Shown here in pieces: positions 39,017 through 48,672 of a stretch of DNA of 64,000 nt (position 1 is the first letter of the stretch; every line of letters begins with the position of its first letter). The position numbers were made by a program, and so were the translations under genes. A model generated the notes under the pieces. It did no database searches and had not been told where the DNA came from. It saw nothing but the letters and a program-made list of their open reading frames with translations. The DNA is from Actinomycetota bacterium (GTDB lineage Bacteria; Actinomycetota; Acidimicrobiia; IMCC26256; PALSA-610). The stretch covers positions 16,970 through 80,969 of the forward strand of contig SXJP01000040.1 of assembly GCA_005779395.1 (NCBI GenBank), given 5' to 3'.

Positions 39017-40234
39017 CTATTTGCAGAGAACAAGTTCACGAGCGCCAAGATCGGCATACAGGCGACGCAAGCGCGCGCCAGCGACACTCCACGAACGCAT
39101 CGCCGCAAGTCGGGTCGCTCCACGCGACAACTCGTCGGCCAAGGCCGGGTCGTTCAGAACCTGTCTGACAGGTTCTACGAAATTCGCCGCGTCACAGCAC
39201 CCGACCAAGAAGCCGCTTTGTCCATCTGCGACGATGTGCGTCAAGCCACCAACCGCAGAAGCCACGACCGGAGTCCCACAGGCCGCTGCTTCTAAAGCAA
39301 CCAACCCGAACGACTCGGTGCGCGATGGCACCACGCAGACATCGGCCGCGCGGTAGTACTGCGCGAGCGCATTGTGGCTCTGTGGTGGCACAAAACTCAC
39401 CTGGCCAACAACGTCTAGCTCTTCAACTAGGGCCCTGAGGCGCCGCATCTCGCGTTCGCCGTCGATACCGCTCGGGCCGCCGACTAACAGGAGGTGGGCA
39501 TCGGGGTCCTTCAACATGGCGACCACCCGGACAGCTACATCGGCGCCTTTCAACGGCTGGATGCGGCCTGCAAACAGAATGATCTTCTTGCCGGGGAACC
39601 CAATTGCTGACCGGTCGGCTACGCGCCCGTGTGGGTTGAAGACCTCGTGGTCGACTCCTGGAGATAGAACTTCGATTCGGCTTGGCGTAGCGCCGTACAT
39701 GCCGACAAGCTGGTCGCGTTCGTCGATCGTGTTAGCAAGCATGACATCGGAGCATCGCATGACGCTCGCCTCGATTAACTCGCGCTCAGGTTCAGAGTCA
39801 AAACCAGCTTGTTCCTTGACGAGCGCGAGAGTGTGAAAAGTGGTTACAAGCGGTACGTCGAGGTCATGCTTCAGTGCGTGCGCCACTGCACCCGAAACCC
39901 AGTAGTTCGCGTGCAACACGTCATAGGAGCCATTCGCCAAAATGAACGACCGCGCAGCAGCTGTGTACTCGTCAATCAGTCCTGGCCATGCGTAGCTCGC
40001 GACCGACCGCAAAGGCCCGGCCTCAATTTTGACCACGCGGTAACCGGGTGTGACTTCTACGACCTGCGGGACGTCAAGTGCGTCGGCTCGAGTGAAAACG
40101 TCGCACGTGACACCGGCTGCTGCGAGGGACCGAGCAATCGAATCGACGTAAACATTCATGCCGCCGCCATCGCCACTCCCGGGCTGGGCGAGCGGCGAGG
40201 TATGCACGCTGAATAAAGCAACACGCCGAGCCAT
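39017..40234 (-). CDS. mshA: D-inositol-3-phosphate glycosyltransferase (mycothiol biosynthesis)
   Basis: HTSPLAQPGSGDGGGMNVYV, HANYWVSG, TFHTLA, GRIQPLKG, ESFGLVALEA. Confidence 0.88.
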   Translation of the reverse strand: MARRVALFSVHTSPLAQPGSGDGGGMNVYVDSIARSLAAAGVTCDVFTRADALDVPQVVEVTPGYRVVKIEAGPLRSVASYAWPGLIDEYTAAARSFILANGSYDVLHANYWVSGAVAHALKHDLDVPLVTTFHTLALVKEQAGFDSEPERELIEASVMRCSDVMLANTIDERDQLVGMYGATPSRIEVLSPGVDHEVFNPHGRVADRSAIGFPGKKIILFAGRIQPLKGADVAVRVVAMLKDPDAHLLLVGGPSGIDGEREMRRLRALVEELDVVGQVSFVPPQSHNALAQYYRAADVCVVPSRTESFGLVALEAAACGTPVVASAVGGLTHIVADGQSGFLVGCCDAANFVEPVRQVLNDPALADELSRGATRLAAMRSWSVAGARLRRLYADLGARELVLCK

Positions 40235-40245
40235 GGGCTGACAGG

Positions 40246-40647
40246 CTACCGGGCGTCTAGCGATTCTGTCCCTGCGGCCGATTCTGCCTGAAAAGACCTG
40301 TAGATGGCTATGAGAGCATCCTTCTGGCGCTCGTTGATGCTGTGATCAGCCAAGATCTGCGGTACGAGGTCGTCTGACGCACCTCGTTGTTCGAGTAATC
40401 CCGCACGCTCATAAAGCGTTTCCGCCGAGATCCGTAAACCCTTGGCGATCGACTGGAGTATCTCTGCCGATGGCTTGCGCAAGCCTCGTTCGATCTGACT
40501 GAGGTAAGGGTTTGAGATTCCGGCAACGTCGCTGAGCTTGCGAAGCGACAGGCGAGCGGTGCGACGTTGTTCGCGAATGAAGTCGCCTAGGTCTGCGAGT
40601 CGCCCCTCTATCTCGGCCGCAACTCCCGACGCTACATCTCTTGGCAC
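40246..40647 (-). CDS. XRE-family HTH regulator (Rv0474-like)
   Basis: LGDFIREQR..SLRKL..ISNPYLSQIERGLRKPSAEIL. Confidence 0.9.
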   Translation of the reverse strand: MPRDVASGVAAEIEGRLADLGDFIREQRRTARLSLRKLSDVAGISNPYLSQIERGLRKPSAEILQSIAKGLRISAETLYERAGLLEQRGASDDLVPQILADHSINERQKDALIAIYRSFQAESAAGTESLDAR

Positions 40648-40653
40648 AATGGC

Positions 40654-41169
40654 TCAGTTCGCTGCGGTAACTCGCGAAGCAATCTCGCCTTCGATGACGT
40701 CGATTACGCCGTGCAACGCGCGACGAAAGCCAGACAGTTCAGCCTCGAACTCGCCTAGCTGAGCGATCGTCGAACTCAATTCGGCGTCGCCGAGTGACAC
40801 AAGGTTGGCGAGCGAATCGTCGGCTACTAGGTGCTGGCGTCCGTCTTCCCATGTCAGCTCGAGAATGTCGTCGTCAAACTCGGCGTGGCGAGTATTCGCA
40901 GCGCTCGAACGACCCTGATCGCCAGCAAGAATTTTGGGAAGTTGTTCAATGAGTTCCGCGAGCGTTCCTCCGTTAGCGCGTCGCTCTTGCTCCGCTTTCA
41001 GGATCTCGACACGGCCGTGGGCGAGGCGGCGAGCAAAGGACACTGCCGTCTCGAGCGCGCCCGACTCAGTTTTCATAGATCTCAGTTGCTCGATGTCTTT
41101 CGTTGCAACATCAGCAACGTAGGAATCGTCGAGCACGCGTTCGATGCGTTTCGTTGGGACCACCTCCAA
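40654..41169 (-). CDS. rsiG: RsiG/AmfC-like c-di-GMP-binding anti-sigma factor
   Basis: Two ExxxSxxRxxx(Q/H)xxx(D/E)-like motifs: ETAVSFARRLAHGRVE and EAELSGFRRALHGVID. Confidence 0.75.
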   Translation of the reverse strand: MEVVPTKRIERVLDDSYVADVATKDIEQLRSMKTESGALETAVSFARRLAHGRVEILKAEQERRANGGTLAELIEQLPKILAGDQGRSSAANTRHAEFDDDILELTWEDGRQHLVADDSLANLVSLGDAELSSTIAQLGEFEAELSGFRRALHGVIDVIEGEIASRVTAAN

Positions 41170-41259
41170 GGCAAGTCGGCGTTTCGCAGAGTACCGCCCA
41201 ATCCTCTAATCGGCACGACCAATCCGCGAGATATAGCAACTCGGAGCGAGCGCAAAGCC

Positions 41260-42300
41260 TTAGCAGTACGCAGCGACCGTCGGGTACGGATTTACCGCTG
41301 ACCCGCCGCCTGGATGAATCTCGAAGTGCAGATGCGGAGCGCCACCTCTGGCATTTCCTGTGTCGCCTACGTACCCAACGACCTCGCCAGCGCTAACAGA
41401 CCTACTGCCACCTGAGTACCCGGCTAGGTGAGCGTAGAAGTACACATGGCCATCGTTGCCAGACAGCCACACCTGTAATCCACCGAGACCCGAACTGCTC
41501 TCACGAATCGAGCCTCCGACGACTGCTACAAGCGGTGTGCCGTTTGGCGACATGATGTCGACACCTTTGTGGGTACGCCCACCGGAGCGAGGGGCACCCC
41601 ACGTGTCACGGAACGACATGGAACCTTGCACTGGACATACCCAATCGCCACTCGCAATAATTCTGCCGGGGCTTCCGCCCGAAAACCCGCTACCAGGCTG
41701 CGATGCCGCAGCACGCGCTGCTGCCTCACGGCGCTGCGCGTCAGTGCGCGCTTCATCCTCTGCGCGATCGGCGACCTCGAACGCTTCTGCCAATGCAGTC
41801 TTCTTAGTTGCGAGTTCTTCGATCAGGCCTTGCTGGATATCTAGAACTGATTCGAGTCGCGTCTCTTGCACTCGAAGGTCTTCTGTTATTGCTCGAAGAT
41901 CGTCAATGGCATACGCACTCTTCGAATCGATCTCGGCGAGCAATGCTTCTCGTCGGGCAGCGTCGAGAGTTGATTCGGCATCAAACAGCGGTAACGGCAG
42001 GACGGAACCGCGGAGATATTCGTCGACAGCGCGTGCGTGGCTAGCCGACCGAACGTCTTTGAGAGCAAGCTTGGTAGTCGATATCTCTGCCACCAGGTCA
42101 GTGATCTCTGTCTCTAGTTCATAGCCGCGATTCTCGGCCTCTTCGTATGCCGAGGCAGCGCGGTCAAGGTCGTCGCGCGCACGCTCTGCACGCTCTATCG
42201 CAGCGTCGAGGGCTGAATCAGCGTTAGCGCTAGTCGCGACCAATCCCTGGGCAAGCACCACGACGGCGAGGATCAACGGAAGAACGTGGAGGCGGCGCAT
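41260..42300 (-). CDS. Secreted coiled-coil M23 metallopeptidase
   Basis: Signal peptide, coiled coil, HKGVD, YAHL, PHLHFE. Confidence 0.9.
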   Translation of the reverse strand: MRRLHVLPLILAVVVLAQGLVATSANADSALDAAIERAERARDDLDRAASAYEEAENRGYELETEITDLVAEISTTKLALKDVRSASHARAVDEYLRGSVLPLPLFDAESTLDAARREALLAEIDSKSAYAIDDLRAITEDLRVQETRLESVLDIQQGLIEELATKKTALAEAFEVADRAEDEARTDAQRREAAARAAASQPGSGFSGGSPGRIIASGDWVCPVQGSMSFRDTWGAPRSGGRTHKGVDIMSPNGTPLVAVVGGSIRESSSGLGGLQVWLSGNDGHVYFYAHLAGYSGGSRSVSAGEVVGYVGDTGNARGGAPHLHFEIHPGGGSAVNPYPTVAAYC

Positions 42301-42339
42301 AAAGGAGAAGATCGCGCACAACCGTAGTAGCTAGTGCCC

Positions 42340-42597
42340 CTAGCCCCCACTTACGGGCGGAAGCACAGCAACTTCATCGCCGTCGCGCAGTAACGCAGAC
42401 GTATTCAGACCTGGTTCTTCACCGTTCACCCAAACCCGAGATATTGCCAAGACTCGCGAGAACTCCTCGCCATAACGAGACTGTGCCGCTAGGAGAAGGT
42501 CATCAAGTGAACACAACGGAAAAGAGTCGTTAGAACGCCCTGCTGCCTCTCGGGCTGCAGCGAAGAGCACGAGTCGCACTGATTGCGATTCGGTCAT
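42340..42597 (-). CDS. MoaD/ThiS family sulfur carrier
   Basis: LFAAAREAAG, VNGE, DGDEVAVLPPVSGG C-terminus. Confidence 0.9.
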   Translation of the reverse strand: MTESQSVRLVLFAAAREAAGRSNDSFPLCSLDDLLLAAQSRYGEEFSRVLAISRVWVNGEEPGLNTSALLRDGDEVAVLPPVSGG

Positions 42598-42607
42598 AGA
42601 GCGATAC

Positions 42608-42739
42608 TCAGAGAAAGTTCGCCTCTAGCGCAGCCAACTCCATCTCGAGCGAGACGAGATCGGCCTCGAGCAATGCCGCTAGATCTGTGTCGGATTGCAC
42701 CGACACACTCTGCTCGTCCGTCACAACTTCTTCATCCAT
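42608..42739 (-). CDS. Unannotated 43-aa acidic helical protein
   Basis: MDEEVVTDEQSVSVQSDTDLAALLEADLVSLEMELAALEANFL; fills the gap with 9- and 10-nt spacers. Confidence 0.55.
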   Translation of the reverse strand: MDEEVVTDEQSVSVQSDTDLAALLEADLVSLEMELAALEANFL

Positions 42740-42748
42740 CCTTGCAGG

Positions 42749-43369
42749 CTAACTATCGGCTAGCCCAGAACGCAGTATCACTAGTTGATCGTCTAGTAAG
42801 TCACAAAGCAAGACAAGCCTTTGTCCAACCGAATCACAAGTCAATAACTTTTGCGCGTCGATTGGTCCTAGTGGAGATAATTGACAGAGTTGGAAACTCG
42901 CGATGGCAATGTCGACATCGAGGTTCGGTAGCGCACCGGCGACATCATGCAACCCAGACTCTTTATATAGCGCCAACAAGTCTCGTAATCTCGCCTCGAC
43001 TTCGCGCAAGTGGAGCGCGTCGTCTTTTCGCAATTCGTTCCGATCATCCTCGGTGACTAGCGCTCTGGGATATGGCTGTTCGGCGAGCCAGTCGAGAATC
43101 CTGATGCGCGAAATACCAAGCGTTGTTAGTGCGAATTCCCCGTCGAAGAGTTGATCGCAACTCACCAGCCGGCTCAGTGTCCCGACATCGAATCGAGTAT
43201 CGCCACCTCCGACATCGCGGCCGCGCTCAATGAGCACAATTCCAAACTCGCAATCGCCCGTTAGCAAGTCCCTAACTAGCGCCTGATAGCGAGGCTCGAA
43301 GACATGCAAGTCGAGCATTGCGTGAGGAAACAGCACCGTCTCAAGAGGGAACATCGGAAGCTCTCGCAT
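42749..43369 (-). CDS. LON peptidase substrate-binding (N-terminal) domain protein
   Basis: LPMFPLETVLFP..LHVFEPRY, FGIVLIERG..VGGG. Confidence 0.9.
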   Translation of the reverse strand: MRELPMFPLETVLFPHAMLDLHVFEPRYQALVRDLLTGDCEFGIVLIERGRDVGGGDTRFDVGTLSRLVSCDQLFDGEFALTTLGISRIRILDWLAEQPYPRALVTEDDRNELRKDDALHLREVEARLRDLLALYKESGLHDVAGALPNLDVDIAIASFQLCQLSPLGPIDAQKLLTCDSVGQRLVLLCDLLDDQLVILRSGLADS

Positions 43370-43438
43370 AGAAGTCCCGACTCGCACTTCCCAACCCTAT
43401 CGGTCTCGAAAGTGTCTCTCATTCCGTACACTCACAGC

Positions 43439-43597
43439 GTGCAACGACACGAGTACTACATCGACGTCAATGGCACAATCGCCGAAGTTTGGGACGTCTT
43501 TTGGGACAGAACCCGGCCGAGGTCCGATAGCCGAGACAACGATGAAATGATCGCTCTCACAGAAGGTGCCGTCCGCTGGAATCGCGGTGAGGGGTGA
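43439..43597 (+). pseudogene. Short ORF, possible truncated SRPBCC/START-like gene
   Basis: MQRHEYYIDVNGTIAEVWDVFW resembles an SRPBCC N-terminus; only 52 aa; GTGA overlap with the next gene. Confidence 0.35.
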
Positions 43598-44613
43598 GTC
43601 CACATTTGCTTCGTCGAGCATTCCGACTCATTGGAGTTGCGAGCCTGCTTACGGGAGCGACGCTCGTACTGGCTTCCTCGTCAGCGAGCGCTCACAACAC
43701 TGTTGGTTCCCCGGGTGCGAATTTTCGGGCAGAGATCCGGGGCGTCGCCCCAGCGGTCGCTGACCTTACTGTCAAGATCACTGACCTCGGCCAACACGTC
43801 GAGGTCACTTCCACATTGCACACCGTGATCGTGCTCGGATACGACGGTGAGCCGTATCTCCGCATCGACGACAGAGGCGTATCTGAGAATGTGTTCTCCC
43901 CATCAAGCTTCTTGAACCGCACGTCGACTCCGGCCCACCTTGCTCCCGATGAATTCGATGCAACGGCTGAGCCATCGTGGAACAGACGCACCGAGACACG
44001 AGTCGCTTCGTGGCACGACCACCGCATCCATCCGATGGCATCAGGCAGTTCGCTCGACCACCTTGGCCACGCGATGAGTTTCGTTTGGAGACTCGAACTG
44101 CTCGTCGATGGACAACCCGTCACCGTCAACGGAACTACGCGCCTCCTCACGGCACCTTCATTGCTGCCGTCGATTCTCGTGACACTCGGTGCTGCTGGTT
44201 TAACCCTCGCACTCCTAAGAAGGTTTCCGCGCATTGCAGCCACGACGCTCGGCATCGGGACAATTGGCGTTGCCGTAGCAATCTCGTTTGCCCGCTGGCA
44301 CGCATCGACCGCCACTACAGAATCACAGGCAGTAGGTGGAATCGGACCGCTGATCGCCACAACACTCCTGGCTATAGCGATCTTCAAGACGGTGCGTCGA
44401 GGCCCGCGCGCCGCAGCGCCCTTTCTGCTGTTCGCGTTCGGCGCCACGACGATCACGGTCGGTTTCGCCTTGGCGGAGTGGCTGTTCTACGCGGAATTGC
44501 CAGCAACCGGACCTGCGATGCTCTGGCGCCTATTGGTCGCTACGGTCATCGGAGTTGGTAGCGGTGGCGTTCTAATTAGCGCGATGTGGCTTCGGTCGAA
44601 ACCTACCAACTAG
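43594..44613 (+). CDS. Hypothetical exported/membrane protein with His motifs
   Basis: Signal peptide ending ASA-H; GYDGEPYLRI, WHDHRIH; about 5 C-terminal TM helices. Confidence 0.75.
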   Translation: MSPHLLRRAFRLIGVASLLTGATLVLASSSASAHNTVGSPGANFRAEIRGVAPAVADLTVKITDLGQHVEVTSTLHTVIVLGYDGEPYLRIDDRGVSENVFSPSSFLNRTSTPAHLAPDEFDATAEPSWNRRTETRVASWHDHRIHPMASGSSLDHLGHAMSFVWRLELLVDGQPVTVNGTTRLLTAPSLLPSILVTLGAAGLTLALLRRFPRIAATTLGIGTIGVAVAISFARWHASTATTESQAVGGIGPLIATTLLAIAIFKTVRRGPRAAAPFLLFAFGATTITVGFALAEWLFYAELPATGPAMLWRLLVATVIGVGSGGVLISAMWLRSKPTN

Positions 44614-45125
44614 TGAGCATCCGCAGCTTTTTCCGCTGCGATCCGTCGCTCTAGATATGTAGACATGTATCCGCGATAACGATCCTGCAATTCGGGAATC
44701 CGCCAATCGCCACCGGTTACGAGCCGTCGACATTGTGGCGCTCCGCACTCACAAACGAATTCGTCGTAGTCGTCGGTATCGGTCATGGCATAGTCAAAAC
44801 AGATCTCTTCGCCTACCGAAATCTCGGTCATGGCAACCAACAGAATGTTGCCTACAACTCCAGCGTTTGGAGCGCAGCAATGGTTCGCGAAATCTGCAGG
44901 GTCAGGATCGACCGAGCCGACCATGAAGAGATTCTCATCGATTTGCAGAGCGTGGGTTCTGCGGTGCTCCGACTCAGCGTTGAAATCCTCGCGCCCCATG
45001 ATTTCGCCGCCCCATGCAGCAACCGTCTCGCCGGCTGCAATTACTTCGGTCGCGAATAGGCCGATGCCTTTACGCCCAGCGTCTTGTACTACAGCCTTAG
45101 GGTTCAGGTACGAGGACCGATTCAT
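44610..45125 (-). CDS. SET-domain protein-lysine methyltransferase with post-SET
   Basis: GIGLFA, NHCCAPN, GEEICFDY, CECGAPQCR. Confidence 0.9.
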   Translation of the reverse strand: MNRSSYLNPKAVVQDAGRKGIGLFATEVIAAGETVAAWGGEIMGREDFNAESEHRRTHALQIDENLFMVGSVDPDPADFANHCCAPNAGVVGNILLVAMTEISVGEEICFDYAMTDTDDYDEFVCECGAPQCRRLVTGGDWRIPELQDRYRGYMSTYLERRIAAEKAADAH

Positions 45126-45257
45126 TGGTAACACCTCTGTAACTAAATACCAACATTCGGCCGTCTCCGCCACGGCACAGGGTTTCCAACGATAGTGGCC
45201 GTAACCTAGAAAAGTTGAAACGATCAATCTTGCAAAACAGAAAAACGTGAGTAACGA

Positions 45258-46199
45258 ATGACCCGTCGCACCCCGAAACGAACCGTCCAGAGCCGCACGG
45301 CACGCACGAGTGATGCGATGCCCGCAATGCGAGTACGCCCAGGCAGAATCTCCCCAGAACGCACAGTTCCTGCAGGAATCCAAAGACCTCCATATGCAAT
45401 GAGCCCTGGCGCGCTTAGGAGCGCTATTCGGCCGGGAGATTTCAAAGATCGTATGAGGGCCGCCAGCCAAGCAGCTCGTGCCGTCCTAGACGAAGTAGGA
45501 GCCGCTGTCGCGCCTGGCATCACAACCGACCAACTCGACCAGATAGCCCACGACGGCTATATCGCCCGCGGGGGTTACCCAAGCACTTTGCGCTACCGCG
45601 GATATCCGAAATCGCTGTGTACATCGATCAACGAAGTGATCTGCCACGGGATACCAGACGACCGTGCACTCGTGGAAGGCGACATCGTGAACGTTGATGT
45701 CACGATCTATCTCGATGGGGTGCACGGCGACTGCAGCGCAACGTTCGCAGTTGGCGAGATTGACGACCACAGCGCCGAACTAGTTCGTGTAACTCACGAA
45801 TGTTTGTGGCGAGCCATCAAGACGGTTCGTGCAGGTGTCGCAGTAAACGAAATTGGCCGAGCAATCCAAACCCACGCCGAAGCACACGAGTTCAGCGTCG
45901 TTCGCACTTTTGTCGGTCATGGGATCGGGCACGAGTTTCATACCTCCCCGTCGGTACCTCACTATTTCGATCCTCGACTCTCCGAAACAATCGTCGCTGG
46001 GAGCACGTTCACTATCGAGCCAATGATCAACATGGGAGGATGGCAGGTCGGACCGATCTGGCCTGACGGATGGACGGCCCCAACTCTTGACGGATCGCGT
46101 AGCGCGCAGTTCGAACACACTCTGCTAGCTACCGAAACCGGAGTCGAAGTACTCACGGCGCTCCCCGATGAAGTCAATCAATGGATCGACTCACCGTAG
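45258..46199 (+). CDS. map: Type I methionyl aminopeptidase
   Basis: CTSINEVICHGIP, DVT..GVHGD, GHGIG, TIEPM, AQFEHT; start may lie further downstream. Confidence 0.95.
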   Translation: MTRRTPKRTVQSRTARTSDAMPAMRVRPGRISPERTVPAGIQRPPYAMSPGALRSAIRPGDFKDRMRAASQAARAVLDEVGAAVAPGITTDQLDQIAHDGYIARGGYPSTLRYRGYPKSLCTSINEVICHGIPDDRALVEGDIVNVDVTIYLDGVHGDCSATFAVGEIDDHSAELVRVTHECLWRAIKTVRAGVAVNEIGRAIQTHAEAHEFSVVRTFVGHGIGHEFHTSPSVPHYFDPRLSETIVAGSTFTIEPMINMGGWQVGPIWPDGWTAPTLDGSRSAQFEHTLLATETGVEVLTALPDEVNQWIDSP

Positions 46200-46200
46200 A

Positions 46201-47010
46201 GTGACCGACATCCCGAACGCTCAAGCATCCAACACCATGAACTCAACGACAGGTCCAGCACTCGTTGCCAACTACCTGAGCTTTAGCTTTGACGCGACCC
46301 CTGTTCTCGACAACGTCAACTTCACAGTCAATCGTGGCGAGTTCGTAGCCCTCGTAGGACCAAACGGTTCGGGGAAATCAACGCTCATTCGCATTCTCGT
46401 TGGTCTGCTTCGCGCTTCATCTGGGACCGTTGAGGTTCTCGGATGCGAGCCGCGAATGTTGCGCGAAAGATGGCGTATCGGATATGTGCCGCAACGCCCC
46501 GCCCTGACTGGCGACCTCCCTGCGACTGTTGAAGAAGTCATCCAGGCAGGCAGACTCGCTCGGCGCGGCTGGTGGAAAACATTCCGACAGGCCGACCACG
46601 ACGCTGTCGATCACGCGCTGGCGGCAGTCGCACTCACAGACCTTCGAAAGCGGCCCGTTACGCAATTGTCTGGTGGCGAACAACAACGCGTCATGATTGC
46701 AAAAGCCCTTGCTGGCGAACCTGACTTGCTCGTTTTAGATGAACCAATCGCTGGGGTCGACAAAGAGGCTCAGCGACAGTTCCGCGACTCTGTGGTCCAT
46801 TTGGTTGCCCACCACCAAGCGACCGTGCTGCTCGTGAGCCACGAATTAGGGGCGGTTGCCGCCGACCTCGATCGCGTCATCGTGCTGAAACGTTCAGTCA
46901 TTTTCGACGGCACTCCTGCGGAACTCACATCGCGTGGCGTGAGCCTCGGCATTCATCACGACGACCTACCGCTGTGGCTCGAAGACCTAGAAGTGCCGGG
47001 TGCCACATGA
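46201..47010 (+). CDS. Zn/Mn ABC transporter ATP-binding protein (ZnuC-like)
   Basis: GPNGSGKS, GYVPQR, LSGGEQQR, LDEP; start at 46201 or 46237. Confidence 0.9.
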   Translation: MTDIPNAQASNTMNSTTGPALVANYLSFSFDATPVLDNVNFTVNRGEFVALVGPNGSGKSTLIRILVGLLRASSGTVEVLGCEPRMLRERWRIGYVPQRPALTGDLPATVEEVIQAGRLARRGWWKTFRQADHDAVDHALAAVALTDLRKRPVTQLSGGEQQRVMIAKALAGEPDLLVLDEPIAGVDKEAQRQFRDSVVHLVAHHQATVLLVSHELGAVAADLDRVIVLKRSVIFDGTPAELTSRGVSLGIHHDDLPLWLEDLEVPGAT

Positions 47011-47846
47011 TGCCGTGGCCGTTCGAACTCGATTTCATGCAGCGGGCACTCATTGCTGGTCTCGCGATCGGCATTGCCGCGCCGCTAGTCGGCACGTTTC
47101 TTGTGCAACGGCGCATGGCATTGTTTGGCGATGGAATTGGGCACGCTGCCTTTGCTGGCGTTGGTGCCGGGCTACTGCTAGATGTGTGGCCAACCTGGAC
47201 AGCGCTTGCAGTAGCGGTTGGTGGCGCGCTCATAGTCGAATGGCTTCGCAGCCATGGCCGTGCCACGAGTGACCTCGCGCTAGCTCTCTTGTTCTACAGC
47301 GGACTCGCTCTTGGCAGCATTCTCCTAGCCAAGTCGGGCTCGAGCTCGATCGGACGCGACCAGTACTTATTTGGATCTGTTCTTACCGCCAACGCCAACG
47401 ACGTTCGTACTGTTGTGCTGTTAGCAATAACGATTGTTCTGATAGTCGCCGTCGCCGCTCGTGCCCTGTTTGCTGTCGTCCTCGATGAGGAAACTGCAAG
47501 GGTCAATGGGCTTCCGGTTGACCGTCTCAACCTGTTGCTTGCCGCGCTGACCGCGGTCACTGTTGTCGCTGCTATAGATGTTGTCGGCACGTTGCTTGTA
47601 GCTGCGCTCATGGTTCTCCCAGTGGCGACTAGTCGTTTGCTCGCAACGTCGTTTCGCCGGACCTTGTTACTTGCCTCAGTTGGCGGCGCTGTCAGCGTCA
47701 TCGCTGGCCTCAGCGCATCACGCGGTTTCGACCTAGCGCCAGGCGGTTCGATTGTGCTTTTCGCGGTTGCTCTTTTCGTCGTCGTAAGCCTCGTTCGCGG
47801 TGTCCGCACCGCCCCGGCAAGCAACGAACACACTCACCAGCACTGA
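47007..47846 (+). CDS. Zn/Mn ABC transporter permease (ZnuB-like)
   Basis: FMQRAL, GDGIGH, YLFGSVL, DEETA, VGTLLV; ATGA overlap; His-rich tail. Confidence 0.9.
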   Translation: MMPWPFELDFMQRALIAGLAIGIAAPLVGTFLVQRRMALFGDGIGHAAFAGVGAGLLLDVWPTWTALAVAVGGALIVEWLRSHGRATSDLALALLFYSGLALGSILLAKSGSSSIGRDQYLFGSVLTANANDVRTVVLLAITIVLIVAVAARALFAVVLDEETARVNGLPVDRLNLLLAALTAVTVVAAIDVVGTLLVAALMVLPVATSRLLATSFRRTLLLASVGGAVSVIAGLSASRGFDLAPGGSIVLFAVALFVVVSLVRGVRTAPASNEHTHQH

Positions 47847-47891
47847 GCACAGCGAGCAGACTCTGCCTCGCACTAACTACTGTGCGCAATT

Positions 47892-48659
47892 GTGCGAATG
47901 GTCGGCGAGCGTGCCCTAGTTACCGGATCAACGTCAGGCATCGGTCGTGCTTTAGCGATTCGTTTCGCTCGAGAGGGTGCCGCTGTCTGCGTTGCTGGTC
48001 GGGACCATGAACGTGGCGATGCCGTAGTAGCCGAAATTTTGGCGTCAGGAGGCGCGGCCTGTTTTTTTGGCGCTGACCTAACGGATGAACGCGAATGTTC
48101 GAGCCTCGTCGCGTCAGCCAGCGCCGCACTTGGCGGTCTTACCGTATTGGTCAACAATGCAGCTAGTAGTTCCCGTGACGACGCCGCTGTTGCCGATCTA
48201 GCTACCGAAGTCTGGGAGGCTGTAATTCGCGCCAATCTGACTGCGCCGTTTTGGTTGTGTCGCAGTGCTATTGGCGAGATGACTAACGCTGGCCACGGAT
48301 CGATCATCAACATTTCGACGCGCCAAGCTGAGCGCGCGAGCAAGAACTTCACGGCGTACGTCGCGAGCAAAGCGGGCCTCAATGGTCTGACCCGCGCAAT
48401 CGCGGTTGATTATGCAGATCGGAATATCCGCTGCAACACCATTAGTCCGGGCTTCATCCTTAACGACAGCCGTGACGCCGACATGGACGCAACGAGGTCT
48501 GCACGCTACGAAGCGATGCATCTCACGCGGTTAGGTGTTGCCGACGACGTCGCAAGTGCTGCTGTTTACTTCGCGTGCAGCGAGTCTGAGTTTGTTACTG
48601 GCACCAACCTGCAACTCGATGGCGGGAGTTCAATCGCCCGCGGTCTTACCCTCGGATAG
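47892..48659 (+). CDS. SDR family oxidoreductase
   Basis: TGSTSGIG, NNAA, YVASK. Confidence 0.9.
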   Translation: MRMVGERALVTGSTSGIGRALAIRFAREGAAVCVAGRDHERGDAVVAEILASGGAACFFGADLTDERECSSLVASASAALGGLTVLVNNAASSSRDDAAVADLATEVWEAVIRANLTAPFWLCRSAIGEMTNAGHGSIINISTRQAERASKNFTAYVASKAGLNGLTRAIAVDYADRNIRCNTISPGFILNDSRDADMDATRSARYEAMHLTRLGVADDVASAAVYFACSESEFVTGTNLQLDGGSSIARGLTLG

Positions 48660-48672
48660 GGCGGGCCACATC

